DNA of 64,000 nucleotides from Hydrolagus colliei (lineage: Eukaryota). Under the pieces are notes generated by a model. It was not told the DNA's origin. It saw nothing but the letters and a program-made list of their open reading frames with translations, and searched no databases. Shown here one piece after another: positions 34,700 through 47,277 of the stretch; positions within the stretch are counted from its first letter, which is position 1; every line of letters begins with the position of its first letter. The translations under genes and the position numbers were made by a program. The stretch covers positions 16,802,001-16,866,000 of the forward strand of contig CM068757.1 of the NCBI GenBank assembly GCA_035084275.1. The letters run 5' to 3'.

Positions 34700-35700
34700 A
34701 GAACATAAGAACATAAGAATTAGGAGCAGGAGTAGGCCATTCGGCCCCTCGAGCCTGCCCCGCCATTCAATAAGAACATGGCTGATCTTCTGACCTAACT
34801 CTGATTACCTGCCCTATCCCCATAGCCCCTAATCCCTCTATTTTTCAAAAATCTATCAGTCTCAGCTTTGAAAATGTTCAAGGACTGAGCATCTACAGCC
34901 TTCTGGGGGAGTGAATTCCATAAGGCAAGTATGTCCTTTTTTAAATAAGGAGACCAAACCTGCACACGGTACTCTCGGTGGGGTCTCACCAGTTCTGGAT
35001 CATCTGCAGCTTGTGAAGAAAAGAACCAAGAAATCTGATGAGGAGGGAGTTTCCATAGTTGAGCCTTGACATAATGAATGCACGGACAAGGGTTTCAGCA
35101 GCCTGAGGGGAGAGGCAGAGGCACAGTCTGGCGATGTTGCGAAGATGGTGGAAGACAGTACTGGTCATGGCACGAATGTGGGGGAGGAAGGACAGTTCAG
35201 GATCGAATAAGATGCCCAGTTGCCTCACTGGCTTAGAGAGTTGAAGAATAGTCTCGTCGAGAATGAGATAATTGACAGCCAGTGTCTTATTGCAGTGGGA
35301 GTGGACGTTATGGAGGCGGATGTGGAGGGCACATGTAGCAGAGGGAAGGGGAACTGGATTGGTGGGTACGGAGGGTGTAGATTTGGATGAAGGAGGAGAG
35401 ATTAGCCTTAGGTCTGGGTCCAGTGGGCTCGCGGTGGTAATGAGAAATGGGGCAGTAATGTGGCTGAAGTTGGGTGGACAACGCCATGTGTGACTGTTGT
35501 CTCGGTGGAGGATTCCCAGTCTGGAGTAGAGGGAAGCTGTGGAGTGGTCAAGTGGGGATAGGAGGCGAGAACTGCTTAGAGAGAGCATGACAGCATGCCA
35601 GAGTTGCATGGAGAGGGGCATTTTGAGGCCCAACTCAGGTCTGTGGCGGCAGCCAAAGTGTGTATGTGAAGAGGTGAGTCGGCGGATTAATGGAACATGA
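34700..35700 (-). mobile_element. CR1 3' end (34700-34990) abutting an L2 fragment (34990-35700)
   Basis: (taagaaca) tail and WNSLPQKAVDAQSLNIFK; then [43 protein letters not shown]. Confidence 0.85.
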
Positions 35701-35722
35701 ACAGCCTGCAAGAGACTGTGTT

Positions 35723-36083
35723 GGCTAGTGGTGGCACAGAGTGGGTGCTGGTGATGGGCTAGTTGTGGCACAGAGTGGGTGCTGGTGATGGGCTAGTTGT
35801 GGCACAGAGTGGGTGCTGGTGATGGGCTAGTTGTGGCACAGAGTGGGTGCTGGTGATGGGCTAGTTGTGGCACAGAGTGGGTGCTGGTGATGGGCTAGTG
35901 GTGGCACAGAGTGGGTGCTGGTGATGGGCTAGTTGTGGCACAGAGTGGGTGCTGGTGATGGGCTAGTTGTGGCACAGAGTGGGTGCTGGTGATGGGCTAG
36001 TTGTGGCACAGAGTGGGTGCTGGTGATGGGCTAGTTGTGGCACAGAGTGGGTGCTGGTGATGGGCTAGTTGTGGCACAGAGTG
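35723..36083. repeat. 34-bp tandem repeat, about 10.5 near-perfect copies
   Basis: GGCTAGTTGTGGCACAGAGTGGGTGCTGGTGATG, period 34, no spacers. Confidence 0.95.
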
Positions 36084-38726
36084 GTATGTTGGATTTTAGC
36101 AGTCTGGGGAGCCAGTGTAGTGAGTGAGAATGGGGTGAATTGGGCTTGGGAATGTAGAGGCAGTTTTGGTGAGTGGAAATGGGGTGTGGTGGGATAGACT
36201 ACTACATACGAATGTTCATATATAGTATACCCAACGTTTGCAATCCACCCAGACATGCAGAGATGGAAACAGCTGTTGCTAAAATGCCTTATCTCCAACT
36301 GATGCAAACAGGTAGTCCCTGCTGCTTCCGTACTCCCTGCACACATTCCTACATCTGTGGCGTGCTACCATCATATCACACATTTGTTTATGAAGTTCTG
36401 CCCTTTCGCATGAACACCGCCCACACCACTGTACAATCAGGCCCTTCAGCTTCTCTGTCATTGGAACTTAACCCCACAACCACTTCACCTCATCCCTTTA
36501 CTTTTCTATTTCAAGACACTTCTCAAAACCATCCTCTTTCAACACTTTGCGCTACCATTTTACAACTATCCTCCCTGTCCTCCATGCCTTTTAACCCCAA
36601 CATCACCCCCACCCTTCTCAATCCCTGACTATCCAGCACATTGAGACGTCCTCTATAAATACAATGTGTTAGTGTTGATGATGGGGTTAATAGCCTCCTT
36701 CTGTGAGATTATGTGAATCTACATTGTAGATCTATATGATTCTTTGAGTTGTGAGATGGACTGGAAGAGTTTGGTAACTGTGGAAAGCACAAATGGAAAG
36801 CGACCTGTCGGTTGTGTTTGCTTCTCTTGTGTGGGAGAGACCAGTTGAGGAGAAAACTCTGAGGCTTGGACATCTTCATTTAAGACAACAGCAACAAACA
36901 AAATTGCATTTTTTTAGCGCCTTTCATGAATTGAAGGATGATTAAAAGACATGGAGTGCAGGGAGGGCAGGCGTAGGAGTTGGCCGAAGGCATGTTGAAA
37001 TACGTTGGTTTTGAGACATGCCTTCGGGGAGCTTTCCTGGATATTGTCAGTGGTAGAAAAATGCAATTTCTAGCTGAACAAACCGCAGCAGTTACTGCAA
37101 GACACATTATGGCTCTCATAATCCCAATCACTAGGGTTTGCTAACTTGAAGTTCATCCTCCTAAGAATTTGTTTCTCTGCAGAAAGTGGTTGACAATTAA
37201 CTCCAGACAATAGAGTACAATACTTTACAACAACTTGTAATAAAAATAATAATAATCTTTGCATTTGATTTATCGCTTTTCAGGTCTTCTAGATGTCTCA
37301 AAGCGCTTCACAGAATATACTATGAAGTGAATTGACTGTATACTTGTGGACAAAACACAGCAGTGTCGCACAAACAGTCATAGATTGAAATGAACATTTT
37401 TTTTATCGGGATTATTATTAGTCTTGTGGAGTAACAAAACTTGCCCAACGTTTTGCTCTGATCTGCCAGATATAGTGTCACTCACGCAGTGTAGCATCCC
37501 AGATCACTTTCCAGTCATGCAGAACTACGTTGAGTCTCGAGCAGGGATGGTTGACCCGAGGGATGGTCGAATAGAAAGGCAATGAAGTGTGACCTGAAGC
37601 TGGAAGGTAGAGGGGTGAGGGGTGAGGGGAGAGGGGTGAAGGGTGGGGTTATTAAAGTGGACAGACCGAACAAGATTTTCCAGAGTATCGGGCACAGCTA
37701 CCGATTTTGTGGTTCAAAGCACAGCTACCGATTTTGGAGCAGAGGGCACTATGGTCATGCTGATAGAGAAGATGTGTGTGAGAGAGAAAATGGGATTGAA
37801 TGAGTGAATGCGCAGAAATTAGAGAAAGAATCAGAGATGGCAACAGAAAGTATGTGTGAAATACAGAGTGTTTGTGAGAGAGAAATTGTACATGTAAACA
37901 TCTGTGTTTACATCTGAGAGAGATAATGCATAAATGGTGGTTTATATGTTTGAGATGAATGCATGGTTGCAAATATATAGAATCATAGAATCATAGAATT
38001 TTACGGCACAAAAGGAGGCCATTCGGCCCATCTAGTCTGTGCCGGCTCTTTGAAAAGAGCGATTCAATCCCACTGCCCTGCCCGCTCCCCATAGCCTAAT
38101 AGACCCGTTCTCCCTAAATAAAGATCTAATTCCCTTTTAAAAGTTGTTATCGAATCAGCCTCCACCACCTTTTCAGGCAATGCATTCCAGATTCGAACAA
38201 CTCGCTGAGTGAAAAAAATTCTCCTCAGCTCCCCTCTACTGCGCCTTGAAACTATTTTAAATCTGTGACCACGAGTCACAGATTCACCCACGAGTGGAAA
38301 CAGTTTTTCTCTATTTGCCCTGTCGAAACCCCTCATGATCTTATAAACCTCTATTAGGTCTCCCCTCAATCTTCTCTGCTCCAGAGAGAATAACCCTAGC
38401 CTATCTAGCCTCTCCTCATAGCTGAAGTCCCTCAATCCTGGCACCATCCTAGTAAATCTTCTTTGTACCCTTTCCAATGCCTTCACATCCTTTCTGTAGT
38501 GTGGTGACCAGAATTGAACACAGTATTCCAGCTGAGGCCTCACCAAAGTCCTATAGAGGTTAGTCAGCACTTCCTGACTTTTGTACTCTATACCCCTATT
38601 TATAAAGCCTAGTATCCCATATGCCTTCTTAACAGCCTTGTCTACCTGTCCTGCCACCTTCAACGAGTCACTAACACAAATCCCCAGGTCTCTCTGTTCC
38701 TTTACACCATTTAAAATTGTACTATC

Positions 38727-40941
38727 CAGGGCCGTACGCAGGATGTTTAATGGGGGGGTGCGAATTGCTAGTGATGGGACCAACAATGGCCGGGGGCTTG
38801 GGGGCTGCCCCCGAAGCCCCCTCGAGGCTCCGACGTTTTACACAGTTTGAGGTCTTATTTAATCGGTTCAGAAGATCCAATATGAACGGTAAATGTTTCA
38901 TGCCCTTGGTGTTTAAGAGCATCATTATTTATTCAGTGTTTTTATTTTCCCCGGTAGTCCGTGTCTAATTGGGAAGGTCGAATGTGTTCGCCGATAAAAG
39001 CAAACACGATTGTTGACTCGATGATGTATGGAAAGCGAACGATAAAGTAAATTACAATCCAATTAACACAGTACAATGACGAATGCTTGATAAATGTATG
39101 CGTATAGAGAAAATGATCATAAACTACAGATTGACGTTAATTAATAAGTTGTTCTGCATTGTTATCCTAAGACTAAATTTCTTTCGGACTGTAATGAACA
39201 ATAATGGAAGAGTAAAGCATGAATTATGTGCTCAGATATTCCAGCAAAGCAAATTTTATAAAAGACAAGAAAATATACAGAAACTGAAAATCAGTGTCAA
39301 ACAGTTAATTCACACGTGTTACAAGCCTGTTATCAGCATTATCCTGAAAATATCGTTGAACTGTGAGCAATAGTGTAGTTAGTTTTTATTTATTTATTTA
39401 GAATCAAAATGAAAGGCAGTGACCCATCAAGCAATACTGACCTGACGAAAAAATACTTGAAAAAATAAGGGAGGGGAAATTAATTCTTTAATAGCGTTCC
39501 GTATTCGAGACGCCTCGGTCGCTTTGAAGCCAATACGTCAACCGCTCTACCAATATCGATTTCCATATTATAATGAATGTGCATTAACGCGAGGGCTGAA
39601 AGTCGCTCCTATACGGAGCAGAATGCTGGACACTTAGGCAAACCTTGACCAGGAGATTAGATGACTCGTGAGGTATATACCAGGCTTCTAAGAGACGCCC
39701 TGAACGTTTACTGGCGACAGCATCTGACAAATAGCTATATGGTACACTACCACACTGGTATCACTGACATTACTGCAGAGGCGTCTTAGGTTTAGCAGAC
39801 ATAGCTGGAGAAGCCGGGAGGGAACCATTGCACGGTCACAGAACACGAGGTAGACCGGCCCTAACCTACATCGATTCTCTGGAGCGCGATTGGGGTATTG
39901 GCAGGCGGGAGTTGTCAGGCTGCATGGAGAGAAGGGATCAGTGGAGAAGTGTGGTTGTCAATGCCCGAATTCGCTCGATCAGATGACGGTGAAACTATTT
40001 TTATGCCAAATTCGTGCGACATTGATGTTTTTTCACTCTGGGTACAAAACTGAATGTGAAATAAAGTCGCACTGTTTATCTTTGCGGTCATATGTTTTTT
40101 GCATGCCAGTGGACGTCTCTAAAAGCAATTTTTAATTACAGGAATACATTTTTAATAATATAAATCAAATGTGATAATCAAGACAAAACAAGAAACGTGA
40201 TATTTCAGAAACACGCCTATCAAAAGTTAAGTCATTTTTACTTACATTTATCAGATTAAAATACGATTTCAGCTTCCACAAAGTGGTGCTACCTTTTTAT
40301 GTAGTGACTGTATACGGGATGATTTCCGATTGACACACCACGTGGAATAGGCGCTAAAGCATAGGCCTACGTCCATGAGTATTTTTTTAAAAGATAGGCA
40401 TTCCCGTCCAGACACATATAACTTTTTTGTTGGGTTCTCAAAAGCTTTAATTTCTCAGAAGCTTGTAAATATGTTGTCATTGTTTGCTAGCATTACAGTC
40501 ACACCTCTCAAAACTTGAGTAATTTTTACTTACGGTGATCAGATGAAAAGATGATTTTAACTCCAGAATTGGTGCTGTCCCTTGTGGCTGTTTACGGGAT
40601 GATTTCCAAACGAGGATTTGAGTCTTGGCGCCTATGTTTATCCAATCACGAGTCACAGACTCGCCGCGTCATGGACTGGTCTATCCACGCGGTATGTTTT
40701 GGGGAGACGCCGATTCTGGTGTGCGACTCGATAATTTTATATTAATAGTAAATCATTCAAAGATGTGAGTTTATAATTTAAATATAGTTTTGAAGAACTG
40801 ATTGTTACTCAAATGTTCAATAAATTTACTTGGTATTTAAATTTGATAAAAAATGCAATTCTCTACCCCGGAAAATGTGGACCTTTTATAATTTGGGGGG
40901 GTGCGTACGCACCCGTCGCACCCCCCCTGCGTACGGCCTTG
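38727..40941. mobile_element. Non-autonomous hAT-like DNA transposon, 2.2 kb, 5-bp TSD
   Basis: Terminal inverted repeats (TIRs) CAGGGCCGTACGCAGG... and reverse complement CAAGGCCGTACGCAGG...; subterminal GGGGGTGCG motifs; TSD CTATC at 38722-38726 and 40942-40946. Confidence 0.85.
39597..39985 (+). pseudogene. RTE-clade retrotransposon ORF2 C-terminal relic inside the DNA transposon
   Basis: SLLYGAECWTLRQTLTRRLD / YTRLLRDALNVYWRQHLTN / RRLRFSRHSWRS / GRPxLTYIDSLERD..GCMERRDQWRSVV, across frameshifts. Confidence 0.7.
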
Positions 40942-41659
40942 CTATCTAGCCTATATTGCCTCCCTTTATTTCTTCTCCCAAAATGCATCACCTCACACTT
41001 CTCTGCATTAAACTTCATCTGCCATGTGTCTGCCCACTTTACCAATTTGTCTATATCCTCTTGCAGATGGCTACTATCCTCCTCACTGTTTACTATTCTC
41101 CCTAACTTAGTGTCATCTGCAAACTTGGAAACTGTACTCCGTACACCCAAGTCCAGATGTGTTCCATTTTCAATTATGGGGATCTGAAGATTATATATCA
41201 TGCTTCATGTGTTTTTCCAATGTTTGGGATTCATATCTAAACACAAAGTCAAGGCCAAACTGCACTTATATAATTGACATTAATGCAGAATTAGGAACAC
41301 TTTGCTCTCTTGCAATTGAAAATTCCTTGCCTCAGGAATATTAGGCAAGCACAATGTCTTGATTCCCATCAAGGCAAAATGTTGAGCTCGTCATGCCTCT
41401 GTTTACCTTGCAGTCATTAGAGATCGGCTTGCTGAATTATTTATGGATTACTTTTCTGTGGATAATAATTCCTTCTTTTTAAATGGACACTCAACCCAAG
41501 ACCATTCGTGGTACCCTTCTATGCTAGCTTTGCCCACAAATAGTACAGTATCAGGTGATTGATGGCTCTATCATGTCAAAGCTAGTTTCGCTGATTGTTA
41601 TATTAACATATCAATCATTGGATGGGAGGGAAGAGGAAATGGGGAATAATTTTGTGCAG

Positions 41660-42150
41660 AACATAAGAATATAAGAATTAGGAGCAGGAGTAGGCCTTTA
41701 GGCCCCTCAAGCCTGCCCCGCCTTTCGATAAGATCATGGCTAAATCTTCTGATGTAACACTAATTACCTGTCCTAGCCCCATATCACCTGATCCCTCTAG
41801 TTTTTTAAAAAATGATCAGTCTCATCCTCAGACAATGTTCAAGGACTCAGCATCTACAGCCTTTTGGGGTAGTGAATTCCATACATTCACTACCCTCTGA
41901 GTGAAGAAATGTTTCCTCAACTCTGTTCTAAAAGGCTGACCCTTAATTTTAAGACTGTGACCCCTGGTTATAGATTCTCCTACCAGGGGAAACAGTCCCT
42001 CAGTGCCTACTTTATCCAGCCCTTTAAGAATCTTATATGTTTCAATAAGATCCCCCCTAATTCTTCTGTACTCTAGGGAATACAGCCCTAGTTTATTCAA
42101 CCTATCCTCATAGGTCAGTCCCCTCATCCCAGGAACTAACCCAGTGAATC
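41660..42150 (-). mobile_element. CR1 3' end, second subfamily
   Basis: MRGLTYEDRLNKLGLYSLEYRRIRGDLIETYKILKG...TRGHSLKI...FFTQRVVNVWNSLPQKAV; (taagaa) tail. Confidence 0.9.
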
Positions 42151-43469
42151 TAGAACAATATCTAACTTAATGTTGGGTAGAAGAACACATCTATTTGGAA
42201 TGCTGGGATGCATTGCCTAAAAAGGTGGTGGAGGTCAATTCGATAACAACTTTTAAAAGAGAGGTAGACGTTTATTTGGGGAGGATGGGTTTGCACGGTT
42301 ATGGTGAGAGAGCTGGGGAGTGGGATTGAATGGTTCTTTTCAAAGAGCCAGTGCAGACTCGATGGGCCAAATGGCCCATTTTTGTGTATTTTGTAGGCAA
42401 AATACGTTAAAAAGATATTGGTTGTTTATTACTTAGTCAAAATTTGACATACAAATGATGGCTTCATTTTAGGCTTTTTATATTTTTCTACATTAAATTC
42501 TACTGAGAATAAAGGAATTCATCAATTCCCCAGTGTTGTGGATTGAGAATCATTATACACACTGTAACAAAAGAGTGAAGATCATTGCTTGATGTGTGGG
42601 TTGGTGGAGGGAGGGGCTGCATAAAGGCACATTGAACAATACATGGAATGGGAAAAGGAACAATAATGTAAATTATAATAATATGCCTTGATTTTAATAC
42701 AGTGCCTTAGCAGCACCTTGAGATGTCCTCCAGATGTTAAATGCTGCATATAAATGAAATATTGGGTTGTTGTTATCACATCTCAAAGTGCTTCACAGAA
42801 TATAGTGTAAAATGAATGGACTGTATATTTTGTGGGCAAAACATGACAACAAGTTTGTCCTTGACTCACACTTCTATTCCATCACCATTATTGTTTCCCT
42901 AAAATATACTCTGGGCTCGATTAGCTGCGAGAATATGGCTGATAGTCAGACCGTTGAGCAGCAAATTCAGAAAGAATGGGAGAGTCGGTTGTGTCATAAG
43001 ATCAAACAGGTTAAAAACTAAATTACACTTTTGGAGTCCCCCACATCAGAATAAATGCTGGCCATCCTTCATTGGCTTGTGCTATATTGACACCCTCAAT
43101 GTATGTTCCACAAAAAAATCAAAGCATCTGAGAATGTTTTGCCCAAAGAAAATCACACTCAATCCAAATAAATATTGCTTAGCAAATTTATTTTTGTGAA
43201 CTAAAGGCCTCTAATCCATCAACAAGAACACAAGTTTGTCCAACTCCTAGCTGACATTTCTATTCTTTGTCTTTGTTTCATTAGCGCATTCTTAATTACT
43301 GTTTATTACCGAAAGCAAAATCTTTCAGTACTCACTCTCACACACACTTACACCTAACCGTGCACACAAACACCCACAGAAACACACACAGCCACAACAG
43401 TGACAAACCCTCATACACCTTCAAACAGACCCTTCCCCTAACACACACACAAAGAACTATGCCCACATA

Positions 43470-43637
43470 GATAAAACACAAAATACTACAGATGCTGGGA
43501 ATCTGAAACAAAAACAAAAGTTGCTGGGGAAACTCAGGAGGTCAAACAGCATGCGTGGAGAGAGGACTCTGTTCCCTCTCTCCATGGATGCTGTTTGACC
43601 TGCTGAGTTTCCCCAGCAACTTTTGTTTTTGTTTCAG
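43470..43637. mobile_element. Palindromic Penelope-like insertion with 11-bp TSD
   Basis: Inverted arms 43501-43565 and 43575-43639; flanking direct repeat ATGCCCACATA at 43459-43469 and 43638-43648. Confidence 0.7.
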
Positions 43638-43949
43638 ATGCCCACATACATGTTGGATAAACCCACTTTTTGTCTCTTTCACTCACCCTTCACTCACATA
43701 GACCCATTTGCGCACCCACAAACACATACCTGCTGACTCACACACAATCACAGTCTTGTACACAGGCACACATATACAGACAACCAGATAAACAAAGATG
43801 CAAACCCCCACACAAATGAAAAATTACATACAAATAGACACTCACACACAAACACAATAGAGACAGAGACGTACCCACAGACCGGACAAAAGTGATCTAA
43901 AACACCACTGACAAGATTGTCAATTAAATAATCTAATAATAATAATAAT

Positions 43950-45430
43950 AAGTTGTTATGGAATCGGCCTCCACAACCTTGCCACAATCAGGCAATGCAT
44001 TCCAGATTCAAACAATCTGAGTGAAAACATTTCTCCTCACCTCCCCTCTGCTTCTTTTTGAAACTATTATAAACTGTGACCACAAGTCTCTGATGCGCCC
44101 ATGAGTGAAAACAGTTTTCCCCTCTCAACTCTGTCGAATGATCTTAAAAACCTCTATTAGGTTTTCTCGCAAATTTCTCTGTTCCTAGGATAAACCTAGC
44201 CTCTCTAACCTTTCCTCATATCTGAAGCCCATCATTCCAGGTACCATGCTAGTAAATCTCCTCTGCACCCTTTCCAATGCCTTAACATCCTTCCTAAAGT
44301 GTGGTGACCAACAACAACAACAACAACTGAAACTTATAAAGCGCCTTTCACGTCGGGAGGACGTCCCAAGGCGCTGCACAGGAGGCGTGTGACCCGAGCT
44401 GGGAGGGGAGTGTTCGGGAGGGGGTGAAACACGTAGGGGAGGTCGAAAAGTTCGGGGGGGAACAAAAGGCACGATCGAAGAGGAAAGTCTTCAAACCGGC
44501 CTTGAAAGAGGAAAGGGAAGAAACAAGGCGGAGGGATTGAGGGATGGAATTCCATAGGGTGGGAGCGGAGAAACTGAAGGCCCGGCCTCCGATGGTGGGG
44601 CAGTTCGGGCGGGGGGCTTGGAGCAGGCCAAGTCCTGCTGAACGGAGGGTAAAGGTGGGCTTATAGGGGGAAAGTAAATCGGTTAAGTAAAGCGGGGCAA
44701 GGCCGTGTAAGGCCTTGAAGGTGAGGACGAGGATCTTGAACTCGATCCTCTGGAGGATGGGGAGCCAATGGAGACGGGCGAGGGTGGGGGTTATGTGGTC
44801 GGGATAGTACACGGGCTGCAGAGTTTTGGATGACCTGCAGCCTGTGAATGGAGGAACTGGGGAGGCCGACGAGGAGAGAGTTTCCGTAGTCCAGCCGTGA
44901 GGTGATGTACGCGTGGACGAGTGTTTCGGCAGCGCGGGGGGTGAGATAGTTGCGGAACCTGGCAATGTTGCGCAGGTGGAAATAAGCAGTGCCGGTCAAG
45001 GCACGGATGTGGGGGAGGAAGGAGAGTTTATGGTCGAACGTGATGCCGAGGTTCCTGCCTGGCTTTGTGAGGTGGAGAGTACAGACCAGAATTGTACACT
45101 GTACTCTGGCTGAGGCCTAACCAAAGTTTTATAAAGTTTTGTCATAAGTTCCAGATTTTTGTAAATCTGGAATCTCCTATTTATAAAGCCTAGTGTCCTG
45201 TATGCTTTTTTGATAGCCTTGTCTCCCTGTCCTGCCACCTTCAAAGAATCACTCACTCTACTCCTTCACACCCCTTAAAATTGTACTAACAAGCCAATAT
45301 TGCCTCCCCGCATTTGTCCTTCCAAAATGCATCATCTCCCATTTCTCTGCCCATTTTACCATTCGGTCTATATCTTCTTGCAGATGACTACTATCCTCCT
45401 CACTATTTAATATTTTTTCTAACTTCTGCA
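43950..45430 (-). mobile_element. CR1 3' fragment interrupted by an L2 3' fragment (about 44308-45065)
   Basis: CR1 WSPHFRKDVKALERVQRRF on one side and QPEYSVQFWS on the other; L2 [13 protein letters not shown]...[22 protein letters not shown] between them. Confidence 0.85.
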
Positions 45431-46344
45431 AACTGCAAACCTCGAAATGGTATCTTTGATTGTTGTGGGACACTCCTGTATGCAATTAGTGGCCACGTTT
45501 TCCATACAATAATCATCTATTCATTTTACATTATACAACAACAAGAACAAAATTACACTTGTATAGATGATCCTTTCATGTCTGGAGGATGTCCCAAGTC
45601 ACTGGACAGTTGCTGCTTCAGACCTAAGCTGAGGAGAGGGCGTGGGGAGGGAGGGGTGTTTAGGAGTTCTGATGGGTCCATCAGTAGTTCTTGGTCTTGA
45701 CATTCAACTGTAGAAAGTTGTCTCTCATCCAGCACTTGATATCTGACAGACAGTCTGTCAGGACAGTGGTTGTCCTGGATTCGAGGGTTGTATCAGAGAG
45801 ATAGAGTTGATTGTTATGTGGAAGTTAACCCGCTGTTTTTGGAGGGAGAGAGGAAGGGGAGGGGAGGGAATGAATGAATGAATGAATGAATGAATCAATC
45901 AATCAATCAAAAATTACAATTATATAGTGCCTTTCATGTCAAGAGGACTTCCCAAGGTGCTGTACAGTCAGGTAGGGACAAGAGCAGGCGGGAGGGGTCG
46001 GGGAAGGTTGAAGAAGAGTAGGAAATTTGACTGTCTATTTGCGGGTGAAACGCGGCAGCCAAATTGCATGCAGCAGCGTCCCACAAACAGTCATGGAAAT
46101 GGGGCCAGGGGAGGAAAGGGCAAAAGTGGGCAAGGGGAGGGCAAGGTGGGGTAAGGTGAGGGAGGGGGTGGAGGGCAAGATCAGGGACAAAGCTGGTAAG
46201 AGGGAAGAGGAAGGGAAGGGGAAAAGAGGGAAGAGAAAGTGGGGAAAGCGAGTGAGGGAAGAAGAGGGATGGGGGGAATGGCAGGGTCAAGGGGTGGGGG
46301 GGATAAAGTCATTTATATGGTCTCTCTATATGGTCATTTATATG

Positions 46345-46670
46345 GTCAAGGGGTGGAGGGAGGACGAGGCGGGAGGGGTGGAGGGAGGACGAGGCGGGAG
46401 GGGTGGAGGGAGGACGAGGCGGGAGGGGTGGAGGGAGACAGTGTGAGGACGAGGCGGGAGGGGTGGAGGGATTGAGTGTGAGGACGAGGCGGGAGGGGTG
46501 GAGGGAGACAGTGTGAGGACGAGGCGGGAGGGGTGGAGGGAGGACGAGGTGGGAGGGGTGGAGGGAGGACGAGGCGGGAGGGGAGGAGGGAGGACGAGGC
46601 GGGAGGGGTGGAGGGAGGACGAGGCGGGAGGGGAGGAGGGAGGACGAGGCGGGAGGGGTGGAGGGAGGGG
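46345..46670. repeat. 25-bp G-rich minisatellite GAGGGAGGACGAGGCGGGAGGGGTG
   Basis: About a dozen tandem variants. Confidence 0.9.
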
Positions 46671-47075
46671 AAGGGGCTGCAGGAAGCCGTTACAAAACAT
46701 CAACAATGTGAAGAACAAAAACCACGCAATTGTGTGTGAACCTCCCTGAACAGGTCACATGGGCAGAAAGGCGCGTTTTAAACTGTGGCGCCAACACCAA
46801 CCGTCACCTGAGCGAACCCCGACCCCCCCTCCCCCCCCCCGGGCCTGAGGGTGAAAGGTCAGTCACAAACCCCACCATGTATGTGTATATATAAATATAA
46901 AACACATACAGTAAATGTCTGGGTATATAAACACCCCCCAACCCCAGGAAAAGGGATTATTTGAGGGAGGATTTCCTGAGGAAAGTGATGCACCGTCAAC
47001 TAGTAACTGGGATCTTACTGATCCAGCGTCTTGGGACGTCCTCCTGCCTTGGGAGGCGCTGGTCACAGTGGAGGC

Positions 47076-47277
47076 TGTTGTTATTGCTCAGTAAACACAG
47101 GGATGGAGAGTGTAATATTCGAGGATATTAAAGAGTTTGACTTTCATGTAAGACGGCTTTATTAACATGGCCACACCCATGTAATTCCATGTGCTCAAAC
47201 AATGGCCACCGAGAATGCTATAGCCATTACATATATAACTGTACATATAAGGGCATAGTGATGAGCATGAACCTACA
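47076..47277 (-). mobile_element. 3' LTR of a Ty3/Gypsy element
   Basis: Minus strand polypurine tract TTGGGGGGAGA directly followed by TGTAGG...; AATAAA inside; ends in ...AACA. Outer end uncertain by about 3 nt. Confidence 0.75.

Larger units (their letters stand above)
37975..41157 (-). mobile_element. Young CR1 3' end (37975-38726 and 40942-41157) interrupted by a DNA transposon
   Basis: Open RT C-terminal frame. The halves rejoin as aaaattgtaCTATCtagcctatattgcc, matching the copies at 4.7 and 49 kb. Confidence 0.93.

Noticed and set aside
35723-36083. CRISPR-like appearance of 34-bp repeats
   Set aside because: Head-to-tail units with no spacers, in a vertebrate context.
36279-36461. 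Cys-rich ORF vaguely like an SRCR domain
   Set aside because: Lacks GRVEV/WGTVCD motifs and flanking splice sites.
46715-46723. Perfect RSS nonamer ACAAAAACC
   Set aside because: No heptamer at 12 or 23 nt spacing.
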